Position numbers and translations under genes: made by a program
Source of the DNA: Myxococcales bacterium
Lineage (GTDB): Bacteria; Myxococcota; UBA727; VGSZ01
Assembly (NCBI GenBank): GCA_023248635.1
Contig: JAHFED010000014.1
Location: 8,419 to 72,418, forward strand
Reading direction: 5' to 3'
DNA length: 64,000 nucleotides
Notes under the pieces: generated by a model
The model's database searches: none
What the model saw: the letters and a program-made list of their open reading frames with translations, nothing else
What the model was told of the DNA's origin: nothing
Part shown: in pieces, positions 36,358 to 46,087 of the stretch
How the letters are laid out: the number at the start of each line of letters is the position of its first letter
How positions within the stretch are numbered: position 1 is the stretch's first letter

Positions 36358-38391
36358 TCAGCCGCCGCCGGGCAAGCCAGACGTCGTCAAATCGGGATCG
36401 CTGGTCGGGCTGCGCTCGAAGACGACCTGCTTCAGGCTCCCTGTCCCTCGACGAGAGAGCAGCTCCTGCTGCACCAGGCCCGACTGCACATTGTAATGCC
36501 AGTAGCCGATGGATTTTCCAAACCCGCCTTTGATGCCCGATAACGTCTGTAACACCAGGCTTTTTTCATCGAATGGCAGCGCAAGCACATTCTTTTTGTA
36601 CTGCTCGGTCCAGGGCCAACACTCGGGAGCATTGCTCGGATAGTAGATGCGAATGGTTACACCCATCGCCCGCGCGGCAGCACCAATCCCCTGCATAGAA
36701 TCTTTAGCGAGCATGTCACCCTTCAAGATGTGAATGCGACCCTGCTGAAAGAGCGTACGGATGTATTGATACGCCGGCTCGGTTCCCAACCAGCCAAAGG
36801 AGGGATCTTCGGATTGGTCGCCGACCTTGACCCCCGCTTTTCGCACGGGGGCGTCGGCAGCGGCGGTGGGCGCCTTGACGATATCGGGGACGCTGACTTC
36901 GCCGTCGGCCTGGTGTTCATAATATTGCAAAAGGCTGGCGCGGCTGACGCTGTAGAGCTCGCGGAAGGCAGCGAGCTCGGGGTCTGCTTTGTAGGTCTCG
37001 GCCAAGACGGCGAGCACGCGATCCTTGGCTTCGGGGCGGAAGTGATCGATGAAGGCCTTGCGGTCGGCGGCGTCGACGATCACCGCGCGCAGCACCTTGT
37101 GCAGCCGCACAACGGTCGGGTCGTAGTCAAAGAGCCAGGCCCAATCCGAGTGCGCGTGGGCGATGAATGAGTAGTTCTGATCGATGCCGACGCCGACGTA
37201 GCCGCCGCCGATGTTGTCGACGTAGGGACGCCAAACGTGTTGGCGCGGCTCGTTCGATTTAATATAGTGATTCGGATCTCTGCAGTCTATAAAACTCCGA
37301 CCTTTTTCGGCACAGACTTGCTTCGCCAGTACGTCTTCTTTGATCGAGGTCGCGAGCTTCAACTGCTGGGCCGAAGGCGGCGTCGGCGCCGGCGGCACCG
37401 GGCGCTTCTCGGTGAGCACGCGGGGCGGTGAGGTGGTCAGCGTCGTCGACGTCGACGCGCAGCGCACGCTGAGGCGGTGGTGGCTGGTGAGCAACACTTC
37501 GCCGCGGCGGAAGAAGGGTGTGGCTTGGTTTTTCGGCCAGTACCAGGAGCCACCCTTGAGCACTTTGCGCACGTCCTGGCCGGTGCAGGGGTAGTTGCCG
37601 TCGCAGGGGCCGCGGGGATCGCGGCCGTTGCAGCGAGGTCCGCAGGATCCGGTCCCGGAAGCGCGGGTGTCTGCGAGGAACCACGTCGACGTCCACTCGA
37701 AGCCGTTGCCGGCCATGTCGAAGATGCCGTAGTGGCCGGCCGGGTAGCTGCCGACGGGCTTGGTGGCGTGCTCGACGCAGTCCCACTCCTCTTTCTTGCC
37801 GGGATAGGGCTTGCAGCCTTTGGGGGCGCAGTCGCGCACTTGGGCTTTGTCACAGCTGAAGGGATCGTTGCCCCAGGGCCAGGCGTCGCCGTTGGGACCG
37901 CGGGCGGCTTTCTCCCACTCCCACTCGGTGGGCAGGCGCTTGCCGGCCCAGACGCAGAAGGCTTGGGCACGGGGCCAATCCAGCGGCATGGCGGGGTTGT
38001 CGGGGCCCACGAAGGGCTGCATGATTTTCTCGTTGAAGCTCGGGATGTCGAGGGCGGTGCAGGCTTTGGCGGCGACGCACTCCTGGTAGGCGGCCTGGGT
38101 GACCTCTTTTTGATCGATGTAGAAAGTCGAGAGCTCGACCACGCGTTTGGGCGAGCCTTTTTCGCTGTCGTCGCCGACGATGGCGGGCCCCCCTGGCACG
38201 CAGCTCATGCCCGCCGGCGCCTTGGCACAAGCCGCAAAGCCCGCCGCCGCCGCGGTCTCTGACTGCTTGGGCAGCGTCTTCCAGTCTGACGCGGTCCCGC
38301 TGTTGCTGTCGGGGGCGGTGGCCGATCCTGTGGTGATCGGAGTCGCAGTGGCAGTGAGGGCGAAGGTGAGGGCGACGACGACGAAACGCAT
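36358..38391 (-). CDS. Secreted FGE-sulfatase (SUMF1/formylglycine-generating-enzyme fold) domain protein with an extra C-terminal domain
   Basis: 'WPRAQAFCVWAGKRLPTEWEWEKAARG...GIFDMAGNGFEWTSTWF...RKVLKGGSWYW'. Confidence 0.75.
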   Translation of the reverse strand: MRFVVVALTFALTATATPITTGSATAPDSNSGTASDWKTLPKQSETAAAAGFAACAKAPAGMSCVPGGPAIVGDDSEKGSPKRVVELSTFYIDQKEVTQAAYQECVAAKACTALDIPSFNEKIMQPFVGPDNPAMPLDWPRAQAFCVWAGKRLPTEWEWEKAARGPNGDAWPWGNDPFSCDKAQVRDCAPKGCKPYPGKKEEWDCVEHATKPVGSYPAGHYGIFDMAGNGFEWTSTWFLADTRASGTGSCGPRCNGRDPRGPCDGNYPCTGQDVRKVLKGGSWYWPKNQATPFFRRGEVLLTSHHRLSVRCASTSTTLTTSPPRVLTEKRPVPPAPTPPSAQQLKLATSIKEDVLAKQVCAEKGRSFIDCRDPNHYIKSNEPRQHVWRPYVDNIGGGYVGVGIDQNYSFIAHAHSDWAWLFDYDPTVVRLHKVLRAVIVDAADRKAFIDHFRPEAKDRVLAVLAETYKADPELAAFRELYSVSRASLLQYYEHQADGEVSVPDIVKAPTAAADAPVRKAGVKVGDQSEDPSFGWLGTEPAYQYIRTLFQQGRIHILKGDMLAKDSMQGIGAAARAMGVTIRIYYPSNAPECWPWTEQYKKNVLALPFDEKSLVLQTLSGIKGGFGKSIGYWHYNVQSGLVQQELLSRRGTGSLKQVVFERSPTSDPDLTTSGLPGGG

Positions 38392-38583
38392 GGCGCTCCC
38401 TTAGCGCGGGGGCGGTTTGAAGGCCACTTCCTTTGAGAGGCGCCGACGGCCCAGCAGGATGCACGACACCCGCACGAACAACGAGGGACGACCCGGAGCG
38501 GGCATGGAACCGGTCACAGCGGGAGTGTCTGCGCCCGTAGAAGCGTTGACGGAGCCGGCCGCACCGACGACTGAAGGAGGGCC

Positions 38584-39297
38584 ATGACGCTGATCGAGCT
38601 CACCAAGATTGAAAAGACCTACCACCTCGGTGAGAGCGTGGTGCATGCCCTGCACGGGGCCTCGCTCTCCGTCGACACCGGCGAAATGGTGGCGATCATG
38701 GGCGCCTCTGGCTCGGGCAAGAGCACCATGCTCAACGTCATCGGCACCCTCGACCGCCCCGACGCCGGCACCTACGTCCTCGACGGCGAAGCCGTGGAGA
38801 CTTGGGACGAGGTGCAGCTGTCCGAGCTGCGCAACAAGAAGATCGGCTTCGTCTTTCAATCCTTCCACTTGCTGGCGCGCGACACGGCCCTCGAAAACGT
38901 CGAGCTGCCCATGGTCTACGCCGGCGAGCGCGGAGCCATTCGTCGTCGACGGGCAGCGGAAGCGTTGGCTCGCGTCGGTCTCGGCGATCGCCTGCACCAC
39001 TTGCCCACCCAACTCTCCGGGGGACAACAACAGCGCGTGAGCATTGCCCGCGCCCTGGTCAACAACCCGCTGCTGCTGCTCGCCGACGAACCCACCGGCG
39101 CCCTCGACTCCGCTACGACGGCGCAGGTGATGCAGCTCTTTGGCGAGCTGCACCAACAGGGGATGACCATCGTGCTCGTGACCCACGATCCCAACATCGC
39201 CCGCTACGCCGAGCGCGTGGTCACCTTCAAAGACGGCCTCGTGATCGCCGACGAGAAGAAGCAATCTGTGTCGTCGTCGTCGAGGACGGCATCGTGA
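38584..39297 (+). CDS. ABC transporter ATP-binding protein (MacB/LolD-type, stand-alone ATPase)
   Basis: SD GAAGGAGG then ATG. Walker A 'GASGSGKST', signature 'LSGGQQQRVSIARAL', Walker B 'LLLADEPTGALD'. Confidence 0.85.
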   Translation: MTLIELTKIEKTYHLGESVVHALHGASLSVDTGEMVAIMGASGSGKSTMLNVIGTLDRPDAGTYVLDGEAVETWDEVQLSELRNKKIGFVFQSFHLLARDTALENVELPMVYAGERGAIRRRRAAEALARVGLGDRLHHLPTQLSGGQQQRVSIARALVNNPLLLLADEPTGALDSATTAQVMQLFGELHQQGMTIVLVTHDPNIARYAERVVTFKDGLVIADEKKQSVSSSSRTAS

Positions 39298-39313
39298 CCC
39301 TCGCTTGCCGACC

Positions 39314-39453
39314 TGGAGTCCCCTCACCCCGCCGAAACGGCGACCCTCTCCCGCAACGGGAGAGGGTGAGAAAAGCGGGCGTTGACGTCGAGAAACGTCG
39401 TTTGTCTCCTCCCCTCTCCCGTTTCGGGAGAGGGGCTGGGGGTGAGGGGACTC
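39314..39453. other. Nested inverted-repeat element: 15-bp outer IR enclosing two GC-rich hairpins
   Basis: GAGTCCCCTCACCCC...GGGGTGAGGGGACTC flanking CCCTCTCCCG-caac-GGGAGAGGG and CCCCTCTCCCG-tttc-GGGAGAGGGG. Confidence 0.7.
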
Positions 39454-39517
39454 TTCGATCGCGCAGAGGTGCCGGGGGAGATGGCGGCCGAGACCGAGCA
39501 GTGTTGGGGGCACGCGC

Positions 39518-40846
39518 ATGATGGCCCTCGTCGTCGTCATCGCGCTGCTGCCGGCGCGCCCGCTCTCGTTGCGCGAGGCTGTCGACATCGCCGTCGCCGC
39601 CGACCCCGGTGTGAGCCAACGGACCATCGACGAAGAACGCGCGCGCTTGCAATTGCTGCGGGCCAACCTCGAGCGCATCCACGCCTCCGTCGACGTCACC
39701 GTGCAGGAACTCTACGCCAAGCCCAACCTCTTTGGACCCCTGGCCCCAGGCTGCGAAAAGGCCAGCGACGTCGGCTGCGATCCTTCGCCCAACGTCATCC
39801 TCGGGCTCAGCAACGTCGAAGCGCGCGTCGATGCTCCCCTGTTCAGTGGCTGGCGCGTCGAGGCCGACATCGCGCGGGCTGAGCACCTCGGCGCCGCCGC
39901 CCGCCTCGACATCGACGTCGAACGCGCCGCCGTCGCCGTCGCCGTCGCCCGCGCTTATTGGGGCGAGCGGCGCCTCGCCCTGCTGCAAGACGCCCAGGTG
40001 GCGTCGGTGGAGCGGCTGGCCGAGAGTGAGCGCATCGTGCAAGCCCGCGTGAAAGCCGGCCTCGCACCCGGCATCGACACCAACCGTGCCGCCGCCCGAC
40101 GGGTGCAGCTCGACGTCGACCGCTTGGCTCTGCACAGCCAGCAACGCGAGGCCCATGTGCGCCTGGTGTCGCTGCTGGGCATCGATGGGCCCGTCGAGCT
40201 CAGCGATGCCGCCTCGCCCTTGGCAGCCCCCGAGGACGAACAAGTGCTGATCACGCGCGCGCTCGAAGCGCGGCCCGAGCTGCGCGCTGCCCAACTGCGC
40301 ATTTCGGCGCTTGACGAGGAGAAACGCTCGGCGGAGTCGGCGTTTTGGCCGCAGCTGGGGGCCGGGTTGTTGGTGCAGCTGGGCAACAATCCGTCGGTGG
40401 CTGGTGCAGGCAACCGCGCGGTGGGCGCGGATGCTTTTCCCTTCAGCGGTCTGGTCGGCGACGTGCAGGCTGGCGTGTCTGTGAGCATGAATCTCTTCGA
40501 CACTTGGGCCACCTCCCAAGCCGTCGACGACGTCGGCCACCGCCAGCGCCGGGCCGCTGCCGATGTTCGTGCCTTGGTGCGGGAGCTCGAGACCAATGTG
40601 CGCCTGGCGCGCGCCGAGGTCGTGAGCCTGCAAGAGCAGCGTGAGGGACTCGAGCGGGCCCGCGCCCTCGTCGGCGACAACGCCACCATTTTGCAGCGGG
40701 CCTACGAGCGGGGTGAAGTCGTCGTGACTGAGTTGCTCGATGCGCAGCTTGAGCTCTTCGACGCTGACCGGCGCCTCGTCGACGTCGATGCCCGCTTGGC
40801 CTTGGCCCGCATCGAGCTTGCGCGTGCAGTGGGGGAGGAACGATGA
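39518..40846 (+). CDS. TolC-like outer-membrane efflux protein
   Basis: OMF architecture. Signal 'MMALVVVIALLPA'. Two repeat halves, each with a coiled-coil. Confidence 0.8.
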   Translation: MMALVVVIALLPARPLSLREAVDIAVAADPGVSQRTIDEERARLQLLRANLERIHASVDVTVQELYAKPNLFGPLAPGCEKASDVGCDPSPNVILGLSNVEARVDAPLFSGWRVEADIARAEHLGAAARLDIDVERAAVAVAVARAYWGERRLALLQDAQVASVERLAESERIVQARVKAGLAPGIDTNRAAARRVQLDVDRLALHSQQREAHVRLVSLLGIDGPVELSDAASPLAAPEDEQVLITRALEARPELRAAQLRISALDEEKRSAESAFWPQLGAGLLVQLGNNPSVAGAGNRAVGADAFPFSGLVGDVQAGVSVSMNLFDTWATSQAVDDVGHRQRRAAADVRALVRELETNVRLARAEVVSLQEQREGLERARALVGDNATILQRAYERGEVVVTELLDAQLELFDADRRLVDVDARLALARIELARAVGEER

Positions 40847-42003
40847 GCGCACCAGTGGTGGTGGTGGAGACGAGCCCCGTGGTCCGAGCGGTGCCCCGCA
40901 AATGGGTGCGGCGGGTGCTGGTGCTGGTGCTGCTGTTCTCAGCGGCAGCGCTGGGCGTAAGCAGGCTTGGCGGCGACAAGGAGATCCCCATCGACGAAGC
41001 CCTGGTGGCCCGGGTCAAGAGGAAGGACCTCGCCGTCGAAGTCATCGATACCGGCAAGATCCAGCCGCGCGAGAAGGTCGACATCAAGTCCAAGGTCGCC
41101 GGACAGGTGCTCGAAGTGCTCGTCGACGAAGGCCAGGTCGTGACCAAGGGTCAAGTGCTGCTGCGCATCGACCCCATGGACTACGGCCGCGAAGCCGCCC
41201 GCGCCGACGCCGAATTGGCCCAGGCCCAACAAGCCCTGGCCTTTGCCGAACAAGGATTGGCCCGCAAGACGGCCGCCGTCGCCGAGCGCGCGGTGGCCCA
41301 GGCCGACGTCGACCTCTCGAAGAACGAGGTCGACATGCGCAAAGCCGCGACCCGCATCGCCGACGTCGCCGTGGGCGCTGCCAAAGATCGCTTACGGGCT
41401 TGCGAGGTGCGCTCTCCTTTGACGGGCACCATCATCGAGCGCGGCATCGAGCCAGGCGAGGTTGTGAGCCCCGGGGTCCAGGCCACCTTCGAGGGCAAGC
41501 CCCTGCTCACGGTCGCCGACCTCTCGACGTTGATCGCTCGCGTCGAGCTCAACCAAATCGATGTCGCTCGCGTGGCGCTGGGGCAGACGGCGAAGCTCGC
41601 CCTCGACGCCCTGCCCGAGAAAACCTGGGGTGGCACGGTGACGAAGATCGCGCCGGCGGCAGTCAAAGCCGAAGGACGCGACGCCGAAGTCTTCCCCGTC
41701 GAAGTCACCCTGGTTGCTGCCGATCTCTCCATCAAGTCGGGCATGACCGCCGACGTCCGCATCCTCGTCGAGACTCGCCCGTTGGTGTTGCTGGTGCCCA
41801 TCGAGGCCATCCTGAAAGAAAGCGGCAAGAGCTTCGCCAAGAAGGTCAAGGACGACGTCGACGGCAACAAGAGCAGCGAGAAGATCGAGGTCAAGACCGG
41901 GAAGAGCAACGATCGCGAGATCGAGATCCTCGAAGGACTCAAGGAGGGCGACGACGTCGTCATCGATCCCGCGTCTTCCAAAGACAACGAAGCCAAGCTG
42001 TAG
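40843..42003 (+). CDS. Periplasmic adaptor (HlyD/MacA-type MFP)
   Basis: 'VRSPLTGTIIERGIEPGEVVSPG'. N-terminal TM anchor. SD GGAGGAA. Confidence 0.8.
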   Translation: MSAPVVVVETSPVVRAVPRKWVRRVLVLVLLFSAAALGVSRLGGDKEIPIDEALVARVKRKDLAVEVIDTGKIQPREKVDIKSKVAGQVLEVLVDEGQVVTKGQVLLRIDPMDYGREAARADAELAQAQQALAFAEQGLARKTAAVAERAVAQADVDLSKNEVDMRKAATRIADVAVGAAKDRLRACEVRSPLTGTIIERGIEPGEVVSPGVQATFEGKPLLTVADLSTLIARVELNQIDVARVALGQTAKLALDALPEKTWGGTVTKIAPAAVKAEGRDAEVFPVEVTLVAADLSIKSGMTADVRILVETRPLVLLVPIEAILKESGKSFAKKVKDDVDGNKSSEKIEVKTGKSNDREIEILEGLKEGDDVVIDPASSKDNEAKL

Positions 42004-42006
42004 CGG

Positions 42007-43245
42007 ATGCGGCGGCTTTCCCTGCTCTGGGCCTATGTGAAGATCGCTGCGCGCGTGCTGCGAGCGAACAAGCTGCGCTCGTTGCTCACCGTCGTCAGCA
42101 TCACCATCGGCGCCTTTTCGATCGTTTTGATGACGTCGCTGGCCGAAAGTGGGCTTCGGACCATCGGCAAGGGCATCGAAGACCTCGGCGGCGCGCGCCT
42201 CTTGTTGATCACGCCCGACGAGCCGGAGCGCATGAAGGAGAAGGCGGCGTTGGCGCCGGGTTATTTCACCAAGGCCGATCAAGGGGCGTTGGGTCTCTCG
42301 CTGCCGCACGTCGCCGAAAAGACCTTCTATGCCAGCCTCGACGAAAAGGACGTCGTCACCGACACGGGCCGCAGCGCGATGATCGACCTGCTCGCCGCAG
42401 ACACGGGTTTCCTGCCGGCCTTCAAGATGGTGATCGAAAAAGGCCGCGCCTTCACCGACGACGAAGACCACTCGCGTGTCTCGGTGTGCGTGGTGGGTCC
42501 GGGCGTCGCGCGGGACCTGTTTGAGGGCAACGCCGTCGGGCAGCGTGTCAGCGTCATGGGAACACGTTGTTTGATCATCGGCCAGACCGCGACGCTGCAC
42601 AGAGCGGGCATGGGCTTCGGCTTCTCGTGGGATCATTTCATCCTGATGCCGCTGCAGACCTTGAGCGACGTCGATCGCAAGTCGTCGTACCAGACCATCC
42701 TCCTGGTGAAGTCCGACGCCGTCGCGCACAACGACATCATCAAGCGCGTCGCCAACGCCGTCATGGCCCACCGCCACCACGGCGTCGACGACTACGAGAT
42801 CTGGGACTTCGCGAGCGTGATGACGCAGTTTCAGATGATCTTCTTGATCCTCGAGCTCATCGTCGGCTTCGTCGCCAGCATCTCGCTCGTCGTCGGCGGC
42901 GTCGGCGTGATGAACATGATGTTCGTCTCGGTTTCGGAGCGCACCAAAGAGATCGGCATCCGCAAAGCCATCGGTGCATCCCCGCGGGCCATCGGGGCCC
43001 AGTTCTTGTTCGAGGCGATGTTTCTGTCGTCCATTGGTGGCGTCGTCGGCGTCACGCTCGGCACGCTTGGCGCCGTCGCCGCGAACGCCTTGGTGCTCAG
43101 CCTCGAAGCCGGCTGGGTCGGCACCATCAGCATGCCGGCGGTTGTCATCGCACTGCTGGTGTCGCTCGGCGTCGGGGTTGGGTTTGGCTTCGTGCCCGCC
43201 CGCCGCGCCGCGGCCCTCGACGCCGTCGTCGCGATGAGGCGGTGA
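42007..43245 (+). CDS. ABC transporter permease (FtsX/MacB-type)
   Basis: N-terminal TM, large periplasmic domain, three C-terminal TM segments. Confidence 0.8.
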   Translation: MRRLSLLWAYVKIAARVLRANKLRSLLTVVSITIGAFSIVLMTSLAESGLRTIGKGIEDLGGARLLLITPDEPERMKEKAALAPGYFTKADQGALGLSLPHVAEKTFYASLDEKDVVTDTGRSAMIDLLAADTGFLPAFKMVIEKGRAFTDDEDHSRVSVCVVGPGVARDLFEGNAVGQRVSVMGTRCLIIGQTATLHRAGMGFGFSWDHFILMPLQTLSDVDRKSSYQTILLVKSDAVAHNDIIKRVANAVMAHRHHGVDDYEIWDFASVMTQFQMIFLILELIVGFVASISLVVGGVGVMNMMFVSVSERTKEIGIRKAIGASPRAIGAQFLFEAMFLSSIGGVVGVTLGTLGAVAANALVLSLEAGWVGTISMPAVVIALLVSLGVGVGFGFVPARRAAALDAVVAMRR

Positions 43246-43323
43246 CGACGTGGGTCTTTTCCGCAGCCAAGCGTTCTGGGAGGGCCACGCGGAGCAGGGG
43301 CAACGCTTGGCGAGGACACGATC

Positions 43324-44598
43324 ATGATGCGCAGCACCGATCTGTTGAAGTCCGTGCGCCACACCTTTGCGATCAGTCGTTTGCGCGTCGGCCTGACCTT
43401 GCTCGGCATCATGATCGGCAGCGGCGCCATGGTGCTGTTGCCCGGCTTGCTCGTCGCCGGCGAAGAAGCGCTGATCCGCTTGGCCCAAAACGCCAACGAG
43501 TCCGACATGATCGAGATCCACGACAACGACCCACCCCGGCAGCAGGCCCACAAGACCACCCGACCCTTGTCGATGTGGGACGCCGAAGCACTGCGCGACA
43601 GTCCGCTCCTTGGCGTGGTCGATCCTCCGCGACTTGAACCACCCAAGGTGCAGATCAACGCCGCCGCCCGCCGCCGCGTCACGGCCCATGCCGGGGCCAG
43701 AGAGAAGGCGACCTCGCTGACCAGCGCCGAGCCCGACTCCCTGAGCCTCTTTCGCGTGAGCATCGAGAAGGGTCGCTACTTCGGCGACGAAGACTTCTTG
43801 CAACGTCGTCGGGTCTGCGTGGTCGGCAACGAGATGTGGGTCGAGCTCCTCGACCAGCGGCCCGTCGCCGACGGACTGAGCCTGACCATCGACGGCATCG
43901 TCTTTCAGGTCATCGGCGTCCTCGCCCACAAGCCGACCATGAACCATGGCAATGGCACGGGTCGCTGGGACCGCCGCGTGCTGGTGCCGTCGACGACCTA
44001 CAACGCGACCGTCGAGCCGGGCCGCAAGGTCGGCAGCATCTATGTCCGCTTGAAGAAAGACGCGAGCCTGGTGGGCAAGATGCGCCAGCTCACCGACGTC
44101 GTCGAGCAGACCATCTTGCGCCGCCACCACGGCGTGCAGAACTTCGAGACCGAAAGCGACGCCCGCGGCGCCGACGAAGAAGAGCTCATCTTGAAGATCA
44201 TCGAGATCCTGCTCTTTGCCACCGGCGTCGTCGCCCTCTTCGTCGGCGGCATCAACGTCATGAACATCATGTTGGTGACCGTCACCGAAAGGACCAAGGA
44301 GATCGGGCTGCGCCGGGCGCTGGGTGCTGCGCCATCGGAGATTGCGGCGCAGTTCATCCTCGAAGCTGGGCTCCTGGCAGGAGCCGGCGGGTTGCTCGGC
44401 GTCATCGGCGGCGTCGGCGTTACCTTGCTCTTGTCGGTGGTGCTGACGAAGGTCCTGGCGCCCTGGCGCTTCGTCGTCGAACCGTGGGCCATCGCGCTGG
44501 CCCTGGGTATGGCGGTTTTCACCGGTGTTCTCTTTGGGCTCTTCCCCGCCCTGCGCGCGTCGCGGATGAACCCGGTCAGCGCGCTGCGCTCGGAGTGA
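43324..44598 (+). CDS. ABC transporter permease (FtsX/MacB-type), second copy
   Basis: Same architecture as the preceding permease. Confidence 0.8.
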   Translation: MMRSTDLLKSVRHTFAISRLRVGLTLLGIMIGSGAMVLLPGLLVAGEEALIRLAQNANESDMIEIHDNDPPRQQAHKTTRPLSMWDAEALRDSPLLGVVDPPRLEPPKVQINAAARRRVTAHAGAREKATSLTSAEPDSLSLFRVSIEKGRYFGDEDFLQRRRVCVVGNEMWVELLDQRPVADGLSLTIDGIVFQVIGVLAHKPTMNHGNGTGRWDRRVLVPSTTYNATVEPGRKVGSIYVRLKKDASLVGKMRQLTDVVEQTILRRHHGVQNFETESDARGADEEELILKIIEILLFATGVVALFVGGINVMNIMLVTVTERTKEIGLRRALGAAPSEIAAQFILEAGLLAGAGGLLGVIGGVGVTLLLSVVLTKVLAPWRFVVEPWAIALALGMAVFTGVLFGLFPALRASRMNPVSALRSE

Positions 44599-44653
44599 AG
44601 GCGAGGAACATCGTTGTCGCTGAGCATCTTGGGTTCGGGGCCTCTGACCGCAG

Positions 44654-44769
44654 GCCCGTACTGTGCGACAGGGTGCCGGACAGTGCAGCGGCCGTACTGT
44701 GCGACAGGGGTGCCGGACAGTGCAGCGGCCGCACTGTGCGACAGGGGTGCCGGACAGTGCAGCGGCCGC
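44654..44769. repeat. Three tandem 38-bp direct repeats upstream of cysK
   Basis: Unit GCCG(T/C)ACTGTGCGACAGGGGTGCCGGACAGTGCAGCG x3. Confidence 0.8.
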
Positions 44770-44868
44770 AGGCCAGCATCCGTAGAAGCAGACGACGACG
44801 ACCGCCTTGTCTCCTTGCCGGGGATGTAAAATCTGTTATCACGGATGAGATTCCACCCCGGAGGACCC

Positions 44869-45837
44869 ATGGCGCGCATCTACGAAGACAACAGCAAGAG
44901 CATTGGCCACACGCCCCTGGTGCGGCTCAACCACCTGAGCAAGGGGCTGCCGGGTCGGGTTCTTTGCAAGATCGAAGGGCGCAACCCCGCCTACTCCGTG
45001 AAGTGCCGCATCGGCGCCGCCATGATCTGGGACGCCGAAGAAAAGGGGGTCCTCAAGCCTGGCTCGAAGGAGGTCACCATCGTCGAACCCACCTCCGGCA
45101 ACACCGGCATCGCCTTGGCCTACGTCGCCGCCGCCCGGGGCTACCCGCTGCTGCTCACCATGCCCGAGACGATGAGCCTGGAGCGACGTCGCCTGCTCAA
45201 GGCTTTCGGCGCCGAGCTCGTGCTGACCGAGGGAGCCAAGGGCATGAAGGGCGCCATCGCCAAGGCCGCCGAAATTCGCGATTCCGATCCCAAGAAATAT
45301 TGGATGCCTCAGCAGTTCGACAATCCAGCAAATCCAAGAATCCACCGCGAAACGACCGGACCCGAAATCTGGAACGACACCGATGGTGTCATCGACTACT
45401 TCGTCGCCGGCGTCGGTACTGGCGGCACAATCACCGGCGTTTCACAGTACATCAAAAAAGATAAGGGACATGCAATCAAGAGCATCGCGGTCGAGCCCAC
45501 GACGTCGTCGGTGCTGAAGAACATCAAGGAGGGCAAAGAGCCGGCGCCGGGTCCGCACAAGATCCAAGGCTTGGCGGCAGGGTTCAAGCCTTCGATCCTC
45601 GACCTTGATCTCGTCGACGAAGTGGTGCAGGTCTCCTCCGAAGACGCCGTCGCCTTCGCCCGCCGTTTGCACCTCGAGGAGGGCATCACCGGTGGCATCT
45701 CCTGCGGGGCAGCGGTGGCGGCGGCGTTGCAGGTGGCGGCCCGGCCGGAGGCCGCTGGCAAGACCATCGTGGTGATCCTTCCCGATGCCGGCGACCGCTA
45801 TCACTCGTCGATCTTGTTCGAGGGCATCGCGGTCTGA
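44869..45837 (+). CDS. cysK: Cysteine synthase A (O-acetylserine sulfhydrylase)
   Basis: SD GGAGGA then ATG at 44869. '[15 protein letters not shown]...[10 protein letters not shown]' PLP-binding region. Confidence 0.9.
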   Translation: MARIYEDNSKSIGHTPLVRLNHLSKGLPGRVLCKIEGRNPAYSVKCRIGAAMIWDAEEKGVLKPGSKEVTIVEPTSGNTGIALAYVAAARGYPLLLTMPETMSLERRRLLKAFGAELVLTEGAKGMKGAIAKAAEIRDSDPKKYWMPQQFDNPANPRIHRETTGPEIWNDTDGVIDYFVAGVGTGGTITGVSQYIKKDKGHAIKSIAVEPTTSSVLKNIKEGKEPAPGPHKIQGLAAGFKPSILDLDLVDEVVQVSSEDAVAFARRLHLEEGITGGISCGAAVAAALQVAARPEAAGKTIVVILPDAGDRYHSSILFEGIAV

Positions 45838-45871
45838 GTTGCGACTCTCTCGACGTCGAGAAGCCCCCGGG

Positions 45872-46087
45872 CTCATCCCGGGTCCGCTTGATGTTCGACC
45901 GCGTTTCGAGCTGGGAAGGACGCGGGATGATGCGCGTGAAGCGCGCCCGCGGAACGCGGAGTTGGTGGGGGGGCCCGCGTCCGGCTCCGCCGGCGTGGGG
46001 GGTCTGCATCAGACCTCCCAGAAGAGCATCCCCGACGGAGCTGAACGAGACCGCTCCACGATCGAAGTTCAGCGAGATCGGGGATCA
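45872..46087 (-). repeat. Repeat B copy 3
   Basis: Reverse orientation. The rsmI stop codon lies in the terminal GGGATCAG. Confidence 0.85.

Noticed and set aside
35565-36496. Plus-strand ORFs (244 and 282 aa) covering the minor-pilin and Cys-rich genes
   Set aside because: They are antisense to genes with clear prepilin motifs and have no features of their own.
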